Shown: positions 40,545-50,564 of the stretch, piece by piece
Numbering within the stretch: position 1 is the stretch's first letter
How the letters are laid out: each line of letters starts with the position of its first letter
From: an uncultured Gammaproteobacteria bacterium
Lineage (GTDB): Bacteria > Patescibacteriota > Microgenomatia > Levybacterales > GWA1-39-11
Reading direction: 5' to 3'
Assembly (NCBI GenBank): GCA_964409875.1
Contig: CAYPEN010000001.1
Location: 1,313 to 65,312 of the forward strand
DNA: 64,000 nt
The notes under the pieces: generated by a model
Databases searched by the model: none
What the model was told of the DNA's origin: nothing
The model's input: the letters and a program-made list of their open reading frames with translations, nothing else
Translations under genes and position numbers: made by a program

Positions 40545-41345
40545 TCATTTTGCCGTTGCGATAACAACAGTTTTGGAAGTGCCTACATAGCTGAAAATGT
40601 AAGGTGATTGCCCTTCGTTCTTGAATTGTAGTTCTCGATAGTAAGTATCCCCTCCAAGCATATGGTGCATGAAGTAAGAACCAAGATTTGTGGCAATAGA
40701 TCCAGCGCTTGCCTGCCCAACATATGACATTTGAACTTTCGATACGTCTACATTTAAAGAATTCTTGCCGTAATTAACAACTTCAATATTCACTTTTATA
40801 TCTCTTGATGTTTTTTCAACAGATATCAGCCGCATTTTTAAATCCGTATCAACGATAACGAGTGTGCTTGGGCTGACGGTTAAAAATGGGGTGAGAGTCG
40901 GAGTTGCCCTTTGGGTGGGGGGAACCAATCTTACTTCATGAACCTCAGGCTCCGTTGTGGCAGAAAATTTTAGACAATCGTACCCTTTCGCGTGATTATT
41001 TTTAGTCACTACATATCGGTTTGAGGGATCATCGGTGCTGTCGGATGAGAACGTAGTACACAGCTTGTACGAAGTATCACTTATTATTTCATAATCAAAC
41101 GTTTTTTTTGTTTTAATGTCGGTCTTTATTGTTTCTGGGAAAGAATTCAAATTATCCGGCAGTTTCTTATTCTTTTCATAATAAGACTGAATCTTAAGGC
41201 TTAATGATGTCATAGATCCAACCCGCAGTTGGTCATATATCTGCCCTTGTTTTGAGGTTGGTGTCCCGACCAACTTGAAACCAAGACCGATGAGTACCAT
41301 GCAAAATAACCCAAGAAATATAATAAATGCATAATATTTACTCAT
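40545..41345 (-). CDS. Hypothetical membrane-anchored protein (DUF5671-associated type)
   Basis: TM-GTP...D..R...I.SYY...LP..L pattern; overlaps the upstream gene by 4 bp. Confidence 0.65.
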   Translation of the reverse strand: MSKYYAFIIFLGLFCMVLIGLGFKLVGTPTSKQGQIYDQLRVGSMTSLSLKIQSYYEKNKKLPDNLNSFPETIKTDIKTKKTFDYEIISDTSYKLCTTFSSDSTDDPSNRYVVTKNNHAKGYDCLKFSATTEPEVHEVRLVPPTQRATPTLTPFLTVSPSTLVIVDTDLKMRLISVEKTSRDIKVNIEVVNYGKNSLNVDVSKVQMSYVGQASAGSIATNLGSYFMHHMLGGDTYYRELQFKNEGQSPYIFSYVGTSKTVVIATAK

Positions 41346-42007
41346 GGTAATTTTTTTATAATTTGGTCATGTCGTACTTCGTTCAAAAAATAAGAAAATA
41401 TTGAGCCCGACACACTTACGGTTACAAAAAAATGAAGGACAGAATTAAACAAAATAAAACCATTGAGTATTTGAAAAACTAAGAAAATCAGATGACATAG
41501 GGTGATTATAAAAGTAATGATGAGCGTGAAATAAATAAAAACCTTCCTTAATTCAAGTTTGACAATTTCCGGAACTTCCATTTTCCTTTTGTTGATGGAG
41601 ATAAAAAAGTATGAAAAAAATGGGTACGAAACAATCAACGAGGCAGATAAGCCTGAAATCAGCGCCCGATTTGCTGTTTCTTGAACATTTCCATACAAAC
41701 CTATTAAGGGCATACCCAAATGCCAATAATCAATGTAATAATTAAGAAATATTGTTATGGTAGTAGCCATTATATAAAGGCTAATAAACATTAATATGTG
41801 CTGGAACGAATCCCACATGCCCAACTCTGAGGATACTTCGGTTGAAGGTTTTGGGGGAATGATACCATTCAGGGAATTGGAAGAATGAAGGTAGGGTTGA
41901 ATTTGATCCAGTCTCCATCCTTGTTCAAGGAGAGTTTTGACAATTTCTTCATCAGTGGCATTGCTGGCACGGGCCCGTCCAACAAATTCTTTAATTTTAT
42001 TCTCCAT
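41342..42007 (-). CDS. DUF5671-like membrane protein
   Basis: I...LL.QGW N-domain; WDSFQHILMFISLY; four TMs. Confidence 0.7.
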   Translation of the reverse strand: MENKIKEFVGRARASNATDEEIVKTLLEQGWRLDQIQPYLHSSNSLNGIIPPKPSTEVSSELGMWDSFQHILMFISLYIMATTITIFLNYYIDYWHLGMPLIGLYGNVQETANRALISGLSASLIVSYPFFSYFFISINKRKMEVPEIVKLELRKVFIYFTLIITFIITLCHLIFLVFQILNGFILFNSVLHFFVTVSVSGSIFSYFLNEVRHDQIIKKLP

Positions 42008-42050
42008 AGCCTAAGCATAGCTAGAGAGAATTCAGACTGTCAATACGTAA

Positions 42051-42203
42051 TTAGAATACGTGCATCAACCTTAGCACTAAGAGTACTACCAATATTAATA
42101 CAATTGCGCCTCCGGCGGTTCTTGGAATAGGTATGAGTGCCCAAAAAAGATTTACCAAGAATAAAAAAATTAATACTCCGAAAATGAGTTCTAAAATGCC
42201 CAT
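42051..42203 (-). CDS. 50-aa two-helix membrane peptide
   Basis: MGILELIFGVLIFLFLVNLFWALIPIPRTAGGAIVLILVVLLVLRLMHVF with SD aaaggaggtgg; not in the ORF track. Confidence 0.7.
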   Translation of the reverse strand: MGILELIFGVLIFLFLVNLFWALIPIPRTAGGAIVLILVVLLVLRLMHVF

Positions 42204-42329
42204 ATACCACCTCCTTTCACCTTATTAAGCGTATGAATTGGTGGTTATAAAACAATATGAAGCGGGTAAGAAACGGGAAAGAGGAGGAAAGGTATTGACA
42301 AACAATTGTTGATACTATAATCTTGTCGC

Positions 42330-43079
42330 ATGGCAACAACAAAAACTGCAAAGAAGACTCTTGTCAAATCTTCAAAAGTAACTACAAAAAAAGCACCTGC
42401 AAAAGTTTTCCGCGCAAGAACTTCCGTTTCGTCAATGAAAGTTGCACCACAAAAGAAAAGTGCAACCGTTACAGACCTTCGCAATAAAGTATTAGACCCA
42501 AAAAATAGACGCTCACTCATTCTGGCAATTGTTGTTATTGTGTTGGCGCTTGTTGTGTTTTTCGGGAAAAGCCTTGTTGTTGCTGCAACCGTTAATGGAC
42601 AACCGATTTCACGGTTGGCAATAATTAAGGATTTGGAAACTCAAAGCGGTAAAGCGACGCTTGATTCAGTAATCACACGCACATTAGTGTATCAGGAGGC
42701 AAGCAAGAAAAATATATCGGTTACTGAGAAAGATATAGACAATGAAGTATCAAAAATCCAAAAACAATTCCAAGCACAAGGTCAGAACCTTGATGCATTG
42801 TTGGCAACACAGGGTCTAACAAAAGAAAGATTTCGGGATGAGGTAAAAGTTCAATTGTTGGTCACAAAAATTTTGGGAGACCAGGCAAAAGTAACCGATA
42901 AGGAATTTAACGATTTTCTTGAGAAAAATAAAGACCTCGTTGCCAACGAAAAAGACCAAGAAGCAGCAAAGAAAAGTCTTCGACAACAAATGGAACAACA
43001 AAAATTGGCCCAAAAATATCAAGAATGGATAGCAAACGTTAAGAAAAACGCTAAAATCAACTACTTCGTCAATTATTAG
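42330..43079 (+). CDS. SurA N-terminal domain / PrsA-like foldase lacking the PPIase domain
   Basis: TM, AATVNGQPI, LVYQEA.KKNI.VT, W...KKNAKI. Confidence 0.8.
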   Translation: MATTKTAKKTLVKSSKVTTKKAPAKVFRARTSVSSMKVAPQKKSATVTDLRNKVLDPKNRRSLILAIVVIVLALVVFFGKSLVVAATVNGQPISRLAIIKDLETQSGKATLDSVITRTLVYQEASKKNISVTEKDIDNEVSKIQKQFQAQGQNLDALLATQGLTKERFRDEVKVQLLVTKILGDQAKVTDKEFNDFLEKNKDLVANEKDQEAAKKSLRQQMEQQKLAQKYQEWIANVKKNAKINYFVNY

Positions 43080-43365
43080 ATTGACGAAGCAAGCTCCGCT
43101 TACTTTGTGAACTATTGAAACGAACGAATGTGAGTGGAAAAAGCTTCTATACCTCTGTTCAGGAAGTTTTTCCAAAACTTCCGCATTCCATATTTTCAAG
43201 CTTACTAGATTAACAAAGCAAGGCAGAAATCCTCAGTTTCTACATCTTTCAAATAATTAAAATTCTGACTTACTTTGTCATTCACGAAGCAAGCTCCGCT
43301 TACTTTGTCATTCACGAAGCAAGCTCCGCTTACTTTGTTGTTTGATAATCTATTCACAAAGCAAG
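43061..43365. repeat. Array of hairpin units with a recoded SurA-like gene end and 30-bp tandem repeats
   Basis: gaagcaagctccgcttactttgt at 43086, 43286 and 43316; YFVNY* copy at 43101-43118; includes copy 2 of the dispersed hairpin element. Confidence 0.9.
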
Positions 43366-43405
43366 ACTGAACACCTTCTTTAAATTTACCACCTTGTATC
43401 AACTG

Positions 43406-44053
43406 TCAAAATGTAATGATATGTACCCTTGCGTTCTCGAGGTTAGTGCGCGCCTGAAGCTGGGTTTTCATCTGGACAATGTAGAGCTTGCTCCCTTTAT
43501 CAAGCTTTATCGCTTCAGAAATGAGTAGCTTTGGTGTTCCTCCGTCAATTCTTACCTCCGAATTCCAAACCGGATGTTTGTCTGTGATATTGTAGAGCCG
43601 TGCGTAGGCCGTTTGGTTAGCTGTAGGAGTATAAAGAGATACTTCAAAAGTTACTGTTTTTATTGATGGATAGGAAGTGGTGTCAATGTATGCCTGTGCT
43701 CCGGGTACGTCTTCCCAATCGGAAGACGTACTGCTCCCCGAGCCGAGCGGTATGAAAAATTCCTTAATAGAGGAAGTAGTGTTGCTATTGGTAGCGGGGT
43801 TTTGATTAAGCTTTGCATCGGCAACAGCTTTTGCAATTTCCTCTTTGCAGGCTTTGGAGCATGTGTCATTTGTGATAGTAGGGGTTTTTGAGGGAATAGT
43901 TGTAGTAGTAAGCGATTTTTCTTTCGTGTGTGAGTTATTCCAGAATAAAGCTACATCAATAATAAATAGGTTGCCAAGAATTATTATTAAGAAAAGGAAC
44001 AGTAGAGACCAGGGAGAAAAAAATATCAGTCTGTGATTTAATTCTTCGTCCAT
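43406..44053 (-). CDS. Hypothetical membrane-anchored protein
   Basis: TM, T-rich linker, CxxxC, beta-rich C-domain; start MDEELNH. Confidence 0.7.
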   Translation of the reverse strand: MDEELNHRLIFFSPWSLLFLFLIIILGNLFIIDVALFWNNSHTKEKSLTTTTIPSKTPTITNDTCSKACKEEIAKAVADAKLNQNPATNSNTTSSIKEFFIPLGSGSSTSSDWEDVPGAQAYIDTTSYPSIKTVTFEVSLYTPTANQTAYARLYNITDKHPVWNSEVRIDGGTPKLLISEAIKLDKGSKLYIVQMKTQLQARTNLENARVHIITF

Positions 44054-44110
44054 ATTTTTATTGTAGCAAATACGAAAAGGCACCCTTTTTCGCACGGCCA
44101 CTGTGGGCTT

Positions 44111-44141
44111 GTGCCCCCCCGCTAAGCGGGGGGAAGGGTGC
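44111..44141 (-). terminator. GC-rich hairpin closing islet A
   Basis: cccccc-gc-taa-gc-gggggg. Confidence 0.55.
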
Positions 44142-44148
44142 CTTGAAC

Positions 44149-44409
44149 TTAGGTTATCGTGTCGTTTGAGTCGCCTCCTTTCGTATCCCGCGATGCGAGA
44201 AGCACCGTTTCCGGAACGCTGCTTCTCCCAGAAGCACGTCCTGTGTCATTGTATGGAGCATGGGCGAGGTATTGTCGCGCCATGTCTTGGGTGTACTTGC
44301 GGTCCCGCTCCTTCTTGCGCTTCTCCCTCCAAAGCGGGAGGAAGGCAAAGAGCATGATAAGGGTGAGGACCACAACGCTGAAGGCAGCTCTACCTAGGAC
44401 ACCTTCCAT
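44149..44409 (-). CDS. Small membrane protein (islet A)
   Basis: SD ggagg upstream; MEGVLGRAAFSVVVLTLIMLFAFLPLW followed by a basic tail. Confidence 0.55.
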   Translation of the reverse strand: MEGVLGRAAFSVVVLTLIMLFAFLPLWREKRKKERDRKYTQDMARQYLAHAPYNDTGRASGRSSVPETVLLASRDTKGGDSNDTIT

Positions 44410-44458
44410 CCTCTTTTCCTCCGTAGGGAAGATCTTGTACGGCTGGTGCCGTATGGGT

Positions 44459-44737
44459 TTACCCAGCCGGACTGGGAACCAGTGAGGACTCGGATGGGTC
44501 CAACGGCGAGATGTCGACGTGCAGATGACGCACATCTTCGAAGTTGAGCGCGATGACCTTTTCGAGGGCAACGCGATCTTCTTTGCTCCGGGCTGACCCG
44601 GCGTTGAAGCGGATGCTTGCGCGCAGGTTGGCCTCAAGCGACGGGTCGCTTGTAGGGATGTCACATTGGACGCGGATGGTCCCCCAGGAGAGCCTGATGT
44701 TTTCGTCGATGTGGATGAGGTCGTTGCTGCTGCTCAT
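44459..44737 (-). CDS. Hypothetical protein (islet A)
   Basis: ATGA overlap with the upstream stop; 92 aa. Confidence 0.55.
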   Translation of the reverse strand: MSSSNDLIHIDENIRLSWGTIRVQCDIPTSDPSLEANLRASIRFNAGSARSKEDRVALEKVIALNFEDVRHLHVDISPLDPSESSLVPSPAG

Positions 44738-45201
44738 GCGAGGCCACCTGCGTGTGCAAGCCGGAAATCCTCGCTCCAATCTGTAGCCACGGGATGTACT
44801 CTCCGTGCCTCTTCTTGGCCGCGGGCGTGTGCTCTGGCCATCCGTCGCCGGAGAGCCTCCGTTAGAGTGTCGCTGTTGTTGAGCAGCTCGCGAAACGCAG
44901 CAATAGCGTCCGGCGTTTTGAAGACGACCGAAAGGCCATCCTCATACAGGTCGGTGAGCTTGTGGGCATTGCGCTTCATAAGCGCCACCCGGACTCCAGA
45001 CGCGACCCGGCCGGTCGCCTCGATGTGTTCCCGTCCGAGCTGGAATACGAATCCGCCGGCGAGGGCAAAATGGGTTGTGTCCCGGATCCAGAGCCGTTCA
45101 GGCTCGAAGCCGCTCTTTCTGAGAAGCGACCCGAACCATTCTGCGGTGGAAGCCTCTTTGTGCTCCCGGTCTTTCCAAAGTGACATTGACTGCTCCGCCA
45201 T
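44734..45201 (-). CDS. Hypothetical protein (islet A)
   Basis: GC-rich part of the 44734..45378 ORF starting MAEQSMS. Confidence 0.55.
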   Translation of the reverse strand: MAEQSMSLWKDREHKEASTAEWFGSLLRKSGFEPERLWIRDTTHFALAGGFVFQLGREHIEATGRVASGVRVALMKRNAHKLTDLYEDGLSVVFKTPDAIAAFRELLNNSDTLTEALRRRMARAHARGQEEARRVHPVATDWSEDFRLAHAGGLA

Positions 45202-45524
45202 ATTATTTTTCAAACTGATGTCTTGTTCAGCTTGAAGATGGCTTTTCGGCTGCAGTCTCTCAACAACCAAAAAGCCACCTTCAAAAATCCCAGCAAAATA
45301 AGGGAAATTTCCGAACAAGTGATAACCTAAATTTTCAAAGAACTTGTAAAAGACAAAAAATGGCACGCAAAAAGCCAAATGTTTTTTACAAAAACCAGTT
45401 ATTATACACGCTTAAAGCGGAAATGTTCAAGTAACATGTGAGTTGACAAAGAGTCTCATTTTTTTGGCTGTCTGTGATTGTTATACTTGACTGACTTTGC
45501 CATTCTCCTGTACTCTTAAAAAGT

Positions 45525-46883
45525 ATGATTTTTCAGAGTGTTTCAGAATTGGACCAGAACCTTGCAGATGTGGTACGCATGAATGACGAGGATATCTCGA
45601 TTAAGGACGAAGGAAAACTTCAGGAATTTGGTATCGATTACCTTATTTATTCAGCAGTGTTGTCCGATGACTCACAGGTTAGGCATTTATCCCGCGTCTA
45701 TATCAGAAAATTAGCCCGCAACCTTGGGATTTTTCCTGCTTCTATTTTTCCTCTGTACCAAGCGTATGGGGAGAAGAAAGTGAATGGGTTTACGGTTCCC
45801 GCAATGAATACACGGGCTTTGACGTATGATTTTGCCCGGGAAGTATTTAAGAAAGCAATTGTTCATGAAGCGCAAGCTTTTATTTTTGAGATATCCAGAA
45901 GCGAGATGGTATATACAAAACAGAATCAGGACGAGGTTGCTGTGTGTGTTTTGGCTGCTGCAATAAAAGAAGGATACCGGGGGCCTGTTTTTCTACAAGG
46001 AGACCATTACCAGTTCAATACCGGAAAGTTCAAGGAATATCCCCAGGGTCAAATAGACGAAATAGAACTTTCCATCAAAGACGCGTTGTCTGCAGGATTT
46101 TACAATATTGACATCGATGCATCGACATTAGTTGACCTTTCGCTTCCTACAAAAGACGAGCAACAAAAAGACAATTTTGAGATGACTGCACTCTTGACCA
46201 AATTCATCCGCAGTATGCAACCTGCAGGAGTGACCGTTGCTATAGGGGGCGAAATTGGACACATTGGGGAGAAGAATTCGGACGTTGGAGATTTTGAGGC
46301 GTTCATGAGCGGATATTTAGATAGGCTTGCAAATGAAAATCTCAATATTATTTCAAAAGTAAGTGTTCAGACGGGAACAAGCCATGGTGGAGTTCCTAAT
46401 CCAGACGGAACCCTAAAAGAAGTCAATGTGGATTTTGAAGTTCTAAAAAGTATCGGGGAAGTAGCAAGGGACAAATATGGCCTTGCGGGTCCGGTACAAC
46501 ACGGCGCGTCTACATTGCCAAATGAACTCTTTGATAAATTTCCCGAAGCGGGAACTGTTGAAATCCATTTGGCTACCGGGTTTTTAAGTATTATTTTCGA
46601 TACGATGCCTGATGCTTTACGGCAAAAAATGTATGAATATGTGACAACTACTCTTCAAAATGAACGCGAGGAGGGGTGGACTGACGAACAATTCCTATAT
46701 AAATTGAGGAAAAAAGCTGTTGGACCTTTCAAAAAAGATATGTGGCTTATGACCGAGGAGGAGAAAAATGTCATCCGTCAAAAGCTTTCTGACCAACTTG
46801 AAATATTATTCCAAAAATTAAATATTGTAGGAACCTCGCACACAGTGCATCAATATATCACAGAATCCTCCCTTCTGATATGA
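45525..46883 (+). CDS. fba: Class II fructose-bisphosphate aldolase family protein
   Basis: VPAMN, LQGDH, DIDAS, GEIGHIG, GTSHGG, VQHGAS. Confidence 0.88.
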   Translation: MIFQSVSELDQNLADVVRMNDEDISIKDEGKLQEFGIDYLIYSAVLSDDSQVRHLSRVYIRKLARNLGIFPASIFPLYQAYGEKKVNGFTVPAMNTRALTYDFAREVFKKAIVHEAQAFIFEISRSEMVYTKQNQDEVAVCVLAAAIKEGYRGPVFLQGDHYQFNTGKFKEYPQGQIDEIELSIKDALSAGFYNIDIDASTLVDLSLPTKDEQQKDNFEMTALLTKFIRSMQPAGVTVAIGGEIGHIGEKNSDVGDFEAFMSGYLDRLANENLNIISKVSVQTGTSHGGVPNPDGTLKEVNVDFEVLKSIGEVARDKYGLAGPVQHGASTLPNELFDKFPEAGTVEIHLATGFLSIIFDTMPDALRQKMYEYVTTTLQNEREEGWTDEQFLYKLRKKAVGPFKKDMWLMTEEEKNVIRQKLSDQLEILFQKLNIVGTSHTVHQYITESSLLI

Positions 46884-48064
46884 TAATCTACATAGACAAG
46901 GCGCATATCAAGCACAAGAGAGTGCTTTTGAGGGTTGATTTCAATGTCTCAATGAAAGGCAACCGGATCACTGATGACGAGCGCATCCGTTCAACGCTTC
47001 CGACAATATCAAAACTTCTCAAAGACGGGAATAAGATTATCCTTGTTTCACATTTAGGACGTCCTGAAGGATGGGATGACAAATTAGTCTTGCGTCCTAT
47101 CGCCAAAAGGCTTCATAAATATCTTCCACACGTTTCCCTTACCGTGGTTGATGATTTTATGTCCGAGGGGGCACAAAAAATTTTTGAAGAACAGAAATAT
47201 GGAGAAATCGTATTTCTTGAAAATATTCGCTTTTACGAAGAGGAAGAGGATCCTTCTACAAGTTCAGGACAAGAATTTGCGAGAAAATTAGCGTCCCTTG
47301 CTGATGTGTATGTCAACGATGCGTTTGGGGTTTCCCACAGGGAATGCGTATCCGTTACCGAAGTTCCTAAATTATTGCCGCATTATGGGGGGCTTCTTAT
47401 GGAACGTGAGGTTGAAACCATCGGGCACGCGCTCAAGCATCCCAAGCACCCGTTTGTAGCAATAATTGGAGGCGCAAAAGTCTCAACAAAATTAAAATTA
47501 TTATTCCGTCTTACAGAAATTGCAGATTATTTGGTTCTCGGGGGAGGACTTGCAAACACTTTGTTATTCGCTTTGGGTTATCCTGTTGGGAAAAGTTTGT
47601 GCGAAAAAGAGATGGTTGATGATGTCAAGAGGATAGTCAGGCACGCAAAAGAGACAAAAACGAAAATTCTCCTTCCTAGGGATGTTGTGGTGGGAAGCAA
47701 AGAAGGGAATGATAGTATCGTCAAAAAGATTTCAGAAGTGCAGCATAATGACATGATTCTGGATATCGGACCTGAGGCACAAGCAGACTACGCAAAAGCA
47801 ATACTTTCTTCAAAAACATTAATTTGGAATGGGCCTGTTGGGTATATGGAGAACCCGGAGTATGGCCGTGGTACGGATTTTTTGTACTACACAATTGCAC
47901 AAAACAAAGGATTGATATCAATTGTCGGAGGAGGAGATACATTGGCGGCAATTTCAAAAAAAGAATATTTGGACACAATCACCCATATCTCAACGGGTGG
48001 TGGGGCAATGCTTGAGTATATTGAAAATGGGACGCTCCCCGGAATTGAGGCATTAAAACAATAA
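46880..48064 (+). CDS. pgk: Phosphoglycerate kinase
   Basis: RVDFNV, SHLGRP, LENIRF, NDAFG, WNGP.G, GGGDT, STGGGA. Confidence 0.97.
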   Translation: MIIYIDKAHIKHKRVLLRVDFNVSMKGNRITDDERIRSTLPTISKLLKDGNKIILVSHLGRPEGWDDKLVLRPIAKRLHKYLPHVSLTVVDDFMSEGAQKIFEEQKYGEIVFLENIRFYEEEEDPSTSSGQEFARKLASLADVYVNDAFGVSHRECVSVTEVPKLLPHYGGLLMEREVETIGHALKHPKHPFVAIIGGAKVSTKLKLLFRLTEIADYLVLGGGLANTLLFALGYPVGKSLCEKEMVDDVKRIVRHAKETKTKILLPRDVVVGSKEGNDSIVKKISEVQHNDMILDIGPEAQADYAKAILSSKTLIWNGPVGYMENPEYGRGTDFLYYTIAQNKGLISIVGGGDTLAAISKKEYLDTITHISTGGGAMLEYIENGTLPGIEALKQ

Positions 48065-48132
48065 TCTTTGTAGGGTTCCCCCCGGGAACCCAAAGTAGGG
48101 TCCCCGAGGGGAGGAAAAGATCAGCGGAAGAG

Positions 48133-48324
48133 CTACACATGAGTGGCATTGCTGCCACCCATGCTTTTGACTGCGTGAAGCAGCCCTTTTCCAGCGAGGA
48201 AAACCAGCAAGTAGGCAACTGCTACCAGACTCCACATCAGAAGTTCTACCCACCAGCCGGTGCTGTTGGGGTTGGTGAACTCCTCAGGAGGGTAGGTGCC
48301 CGTGAAGGCATATGCTTTCTTCAT
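48133..48324 (-). CDS. Small membrane protein (islet B)
   Basis: MKKAY...WWVELLMWSLVAVAYLLVFLAG TM. Confidence 0.5.
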   Translation of the reverse strand: MKKAYAFTGTYPPEEFTNPNSTGWWVELLMWSLVAVAYLLVFLAGKGLLHAVKSMGGSNATHV

Positions 48325-48368
48325 CTGCGTTTTTCCAATGAGGGAGGTGAGACGTTGATGACGGGGCT

Positions 48369-48596
48369 TTACGCCCATTCTTTGCCTTCCGGCAGAAGCT
48401 TGGCTTCTCCTGAAAGGATGTCGGCGATGGTAGTTGATGTAGGATGGGTGTCACTGAGCGGGTTTTTTTCGAGAGCCGCTAGGTTGAATCCAAGCGCTCC
48501 TCTTTCGCACCAGCTTCCACAGTAGGTGAAACGAAGAACGTCTTTGGGGACCTTCGTCTCATCGTAGCGTTTTTTACAACGTTGGCACACTCTCAC
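48369..48596 (-). CDS. Small zinc-finger-like protein (islet B)
   Basis: CQRC ... YCGSWC. Confidence 0.6.
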   Translation of the reverse strand: MRVCQRCKKRYDETKVPKDVLRFTYCGSWCERGALGFNLAALEKNPLSDTHPTSTTIADILSGEAKLLPEGKEWA

Positions 48597-48597
48597 G

Positions 48598-48735
48598 TCA
48601 ATTCTCTGTTGGGTTGGGGCCGACTATCAAGCCGACGATGATGGTTGAGATGATGAGCGCGATGGCTGCAATGAGGGTCGCTGCGACGCATCCCTTTGGA
48701 AGAGGCTCTACCGAGTCATGCGACGTATCGTTCAT
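48598..48735 (-). CDS. 45-aa membrane peptide (islet B)
   Basis: SD gaaagga; MNDTSHDSVEPLPKGCVAATLIAAIALIISTIIVGLIVGPNPTEN. Confidence 0.55.
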   Translation of the reverse strand: MNDTSHDSVEPLPKGCVAATLIAAIALIISTIIVGLIVGPNPTEN

Positions 48736-48866
48736 GTATTTCCTTTCTGACCTTTTTCAATGTGCAAGGAGGGGATGCCCCTCCACGCCGTTGAGGAAGG
48801 GGTCCAAACCTCACGCAGGCAATTATAGGCCTTCGAAATTAAAAAAACAATGGAAAGTGGACGAGG

Positions 48867-49529
48867 TTATACCTTAAATTTAAGGAAATATTCCTTCTTT
48901 GGGAGTTTTTCAAGGACGCTTAAAATCGTATCGCAATCATGTTTTTGACTTCTATGAGCACGCATTGCTTTTACTTTCGTTTCCCAAACAGTTTCAACAG
49001 AGACCTCCCAATCGGTTTGTTCTTTTACATATCCTTCAGGGAAGTAAATAAAATAATCACCCTGTTGCCGCCTGCGCTCCTCTTTTAGTATGCAGTAATA
49101 ATACAAATCCTTTATACTTTTCATGTGACTCACAACGTAGGTTACTACAAAACTCACCGTAATGTGGTCGATGTGCCCTGAGATGCCGCGTGGTTCAAAA
49201 GTTATAACCATATGGGGCTTTAATGCTTTGAATTTGCTTTTGAGCTTTTTAGCGATAGCGTGATATACACTATTAGAAAGGGTGCCGTCAACAAAGCCCA
49301 GACAGTATACTTTTTTGATCCCGAGTGTTTTGGCCGATTCTAAAAGTTCACTTTTCCGAATATTAGATAGCTTGTTTTCGGGATGTTTGATGCTATTTTT
49401 TCCGGCTTCTCCACCTGTAACACATATTAAATAAACATCGTGGGTTTTTGCCAATATGGCCAGAGTGCCAGCAGGGCCGAAGGCTTCGTCATCAGGATGG
49501 GCAAAAACAGCAACTACTGTTTTTCTCAT
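48867..49529 (-). CDS. PIG-L family deacetylase
   Basis: AHPDDE, R..EL, GHIDH, H.SQ motifs. Confidence 0.92.
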   Translation of the reverse strand: MRKTVVAVFAHPDDEAFGPAGTLAILAKTHDVYLICVTGGEAGKNSIKHPENKLSNIRKSELLESAKTLGIKKVYCLGFVDGTLSNSVYHAIAKKLKSKFKALKPHMVITFEPRGISGHIDHITVSFVVTYVVSHMKSIKDLYYYCILKEERRRQQGDYFIYFPEGYVKEQTDWEVSVETVWETKVKAMRAHRSQKHDCDTILSVLEKLPKKEYFLKFKV

Positions 49530-49560
49530 GTACCGGAATTATACACCAAGAATGCAAGAA

Positions 49561-50448
49561 TTAGAGGCTGAGGCGGAGCCCTGGGCTCATGGTAGACTTA
49601 AGCGTCACGGATGAGATTTTTTCGTTACCAACGCTTGAAAGAAAAGTTTTTATATTATCTTTGAGCTTGTTATCCTCAAAGCTTACTTTTCCGACAATGG
49701 CATGAATTATTGGGGCTTCACTTTCGGTTTTGAAACTGATTTGTCCGCCTGAAAGCTTTTTTACCGCTTCTTCAGGGTTTTCCGCAATTGTCCCATTTTT
49801 TGGATTTGGCATGAGCCCGCGGGGACCGAGAATCTTTGCGACCCGGGCAAGCTGCGGCATCATTTGGGGAGTTGCAACAAGCACATCAAAATTTATTTTT
49901 CCTTTGGCAACTTCAGCTAGTATTGCATCATCAGCGATTTTTATAACCAAAGTTTTTCCGGTCCCGTGTGGAAGGACAACTTGACCGCTGATTCCTTTTT
50001 CGCGGGTATTGATATGAAGCTCTACAGTTTCATCAAATTTTGATTTTTTGAACTTTTTAAGAGCTTCTAGCGCTTGGTCGAGTGAATAAGACTGAGTTTT
50101 TGAAACGAGCGTCTGGTTTTCTTTGTGTCTTTTTGATTCAACTTTGGCGTTAGCCTTTGCGAATTTTTCTTTTTTTGCTTTTTTCACCGGCTTTTCATCA
50201 ACAGGTTGGGCATCGGATTGTTTTTCTTCTTTTGCTTCTGCTGCATCTACTTTTGAAAGGTCCTCTGTTGCCTCAAGTTGTGCTTCAACAGCATCTTTTG
50301 CGACCGGTTCTTCAACCGTTTCCATTTCACCCTTTTCAGCCTTTTTTGCAGCCATCTTTTCAGCCTTTTTTGCTTCCCGTTTTGCTTTCAGTTTTGCCTC
50401 TTCCTCAGGGGAAGTTTCATCAAATGATTTAACTCTTATTTTACCCAT
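49561..50448 (-). CDS. rplA: 50S ribosomal protein L1 with a long charged N-terminal extension
   Basis: KFDETVELH, LPHGTGK, LGPRGLMPNPKNGT, STMSPG. Confidence 0.95.
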   Translation of the reverse strand: MGKIRVKSFDETSPEEEAKLKAKREAKKAEKMAAKKAEKGEMETVEEPVAKDAVEAQLEATEDLSKVDAAEAKEEKQSDAQPVDEKPVKKAKKEKFAKANAKVESKRHKENQTLVSKTQSYSLDQALEALKKFKKSKFDETVELHINTREKGISGQVVLPHGTGKTLVIKIADDAILAEVAKGKINFDVLVATPQMMPQLARVAKILGPRGLMPNPKNGTIAENPEEAVKKLSGGQISFKTESEAPIIHAIVGKVSFEDNKLKDNIKTFLSSVGNEKISSVTLKSTMSPGLRLSL

Positions 50449-50449
50449 A

Positions 50450-50564
50450 ATATTTAAAATTTTTAATTTTTAATTCTTAATTTATAATGAATGTTTCAAT
50501 TCTTTAATTTTAAAATTTAATCATTTGAATTTGATTTTAAATTTAAAATTTGAATTTAAAAATT
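50450..50564. repeat. AT-rich inverted heptamer hairpin between rplK and rplA
   Basis: tttaatt-type units facing aatttga/atttaaa-type units. Confidence 0.65.

Noticed and set aside
43205-43402. 65-aa minus-strand ORF with KVSGACFVND repeats
   Set aside because: It is a translation of the 30-bp DNA repeats, with no independent coding evidence.
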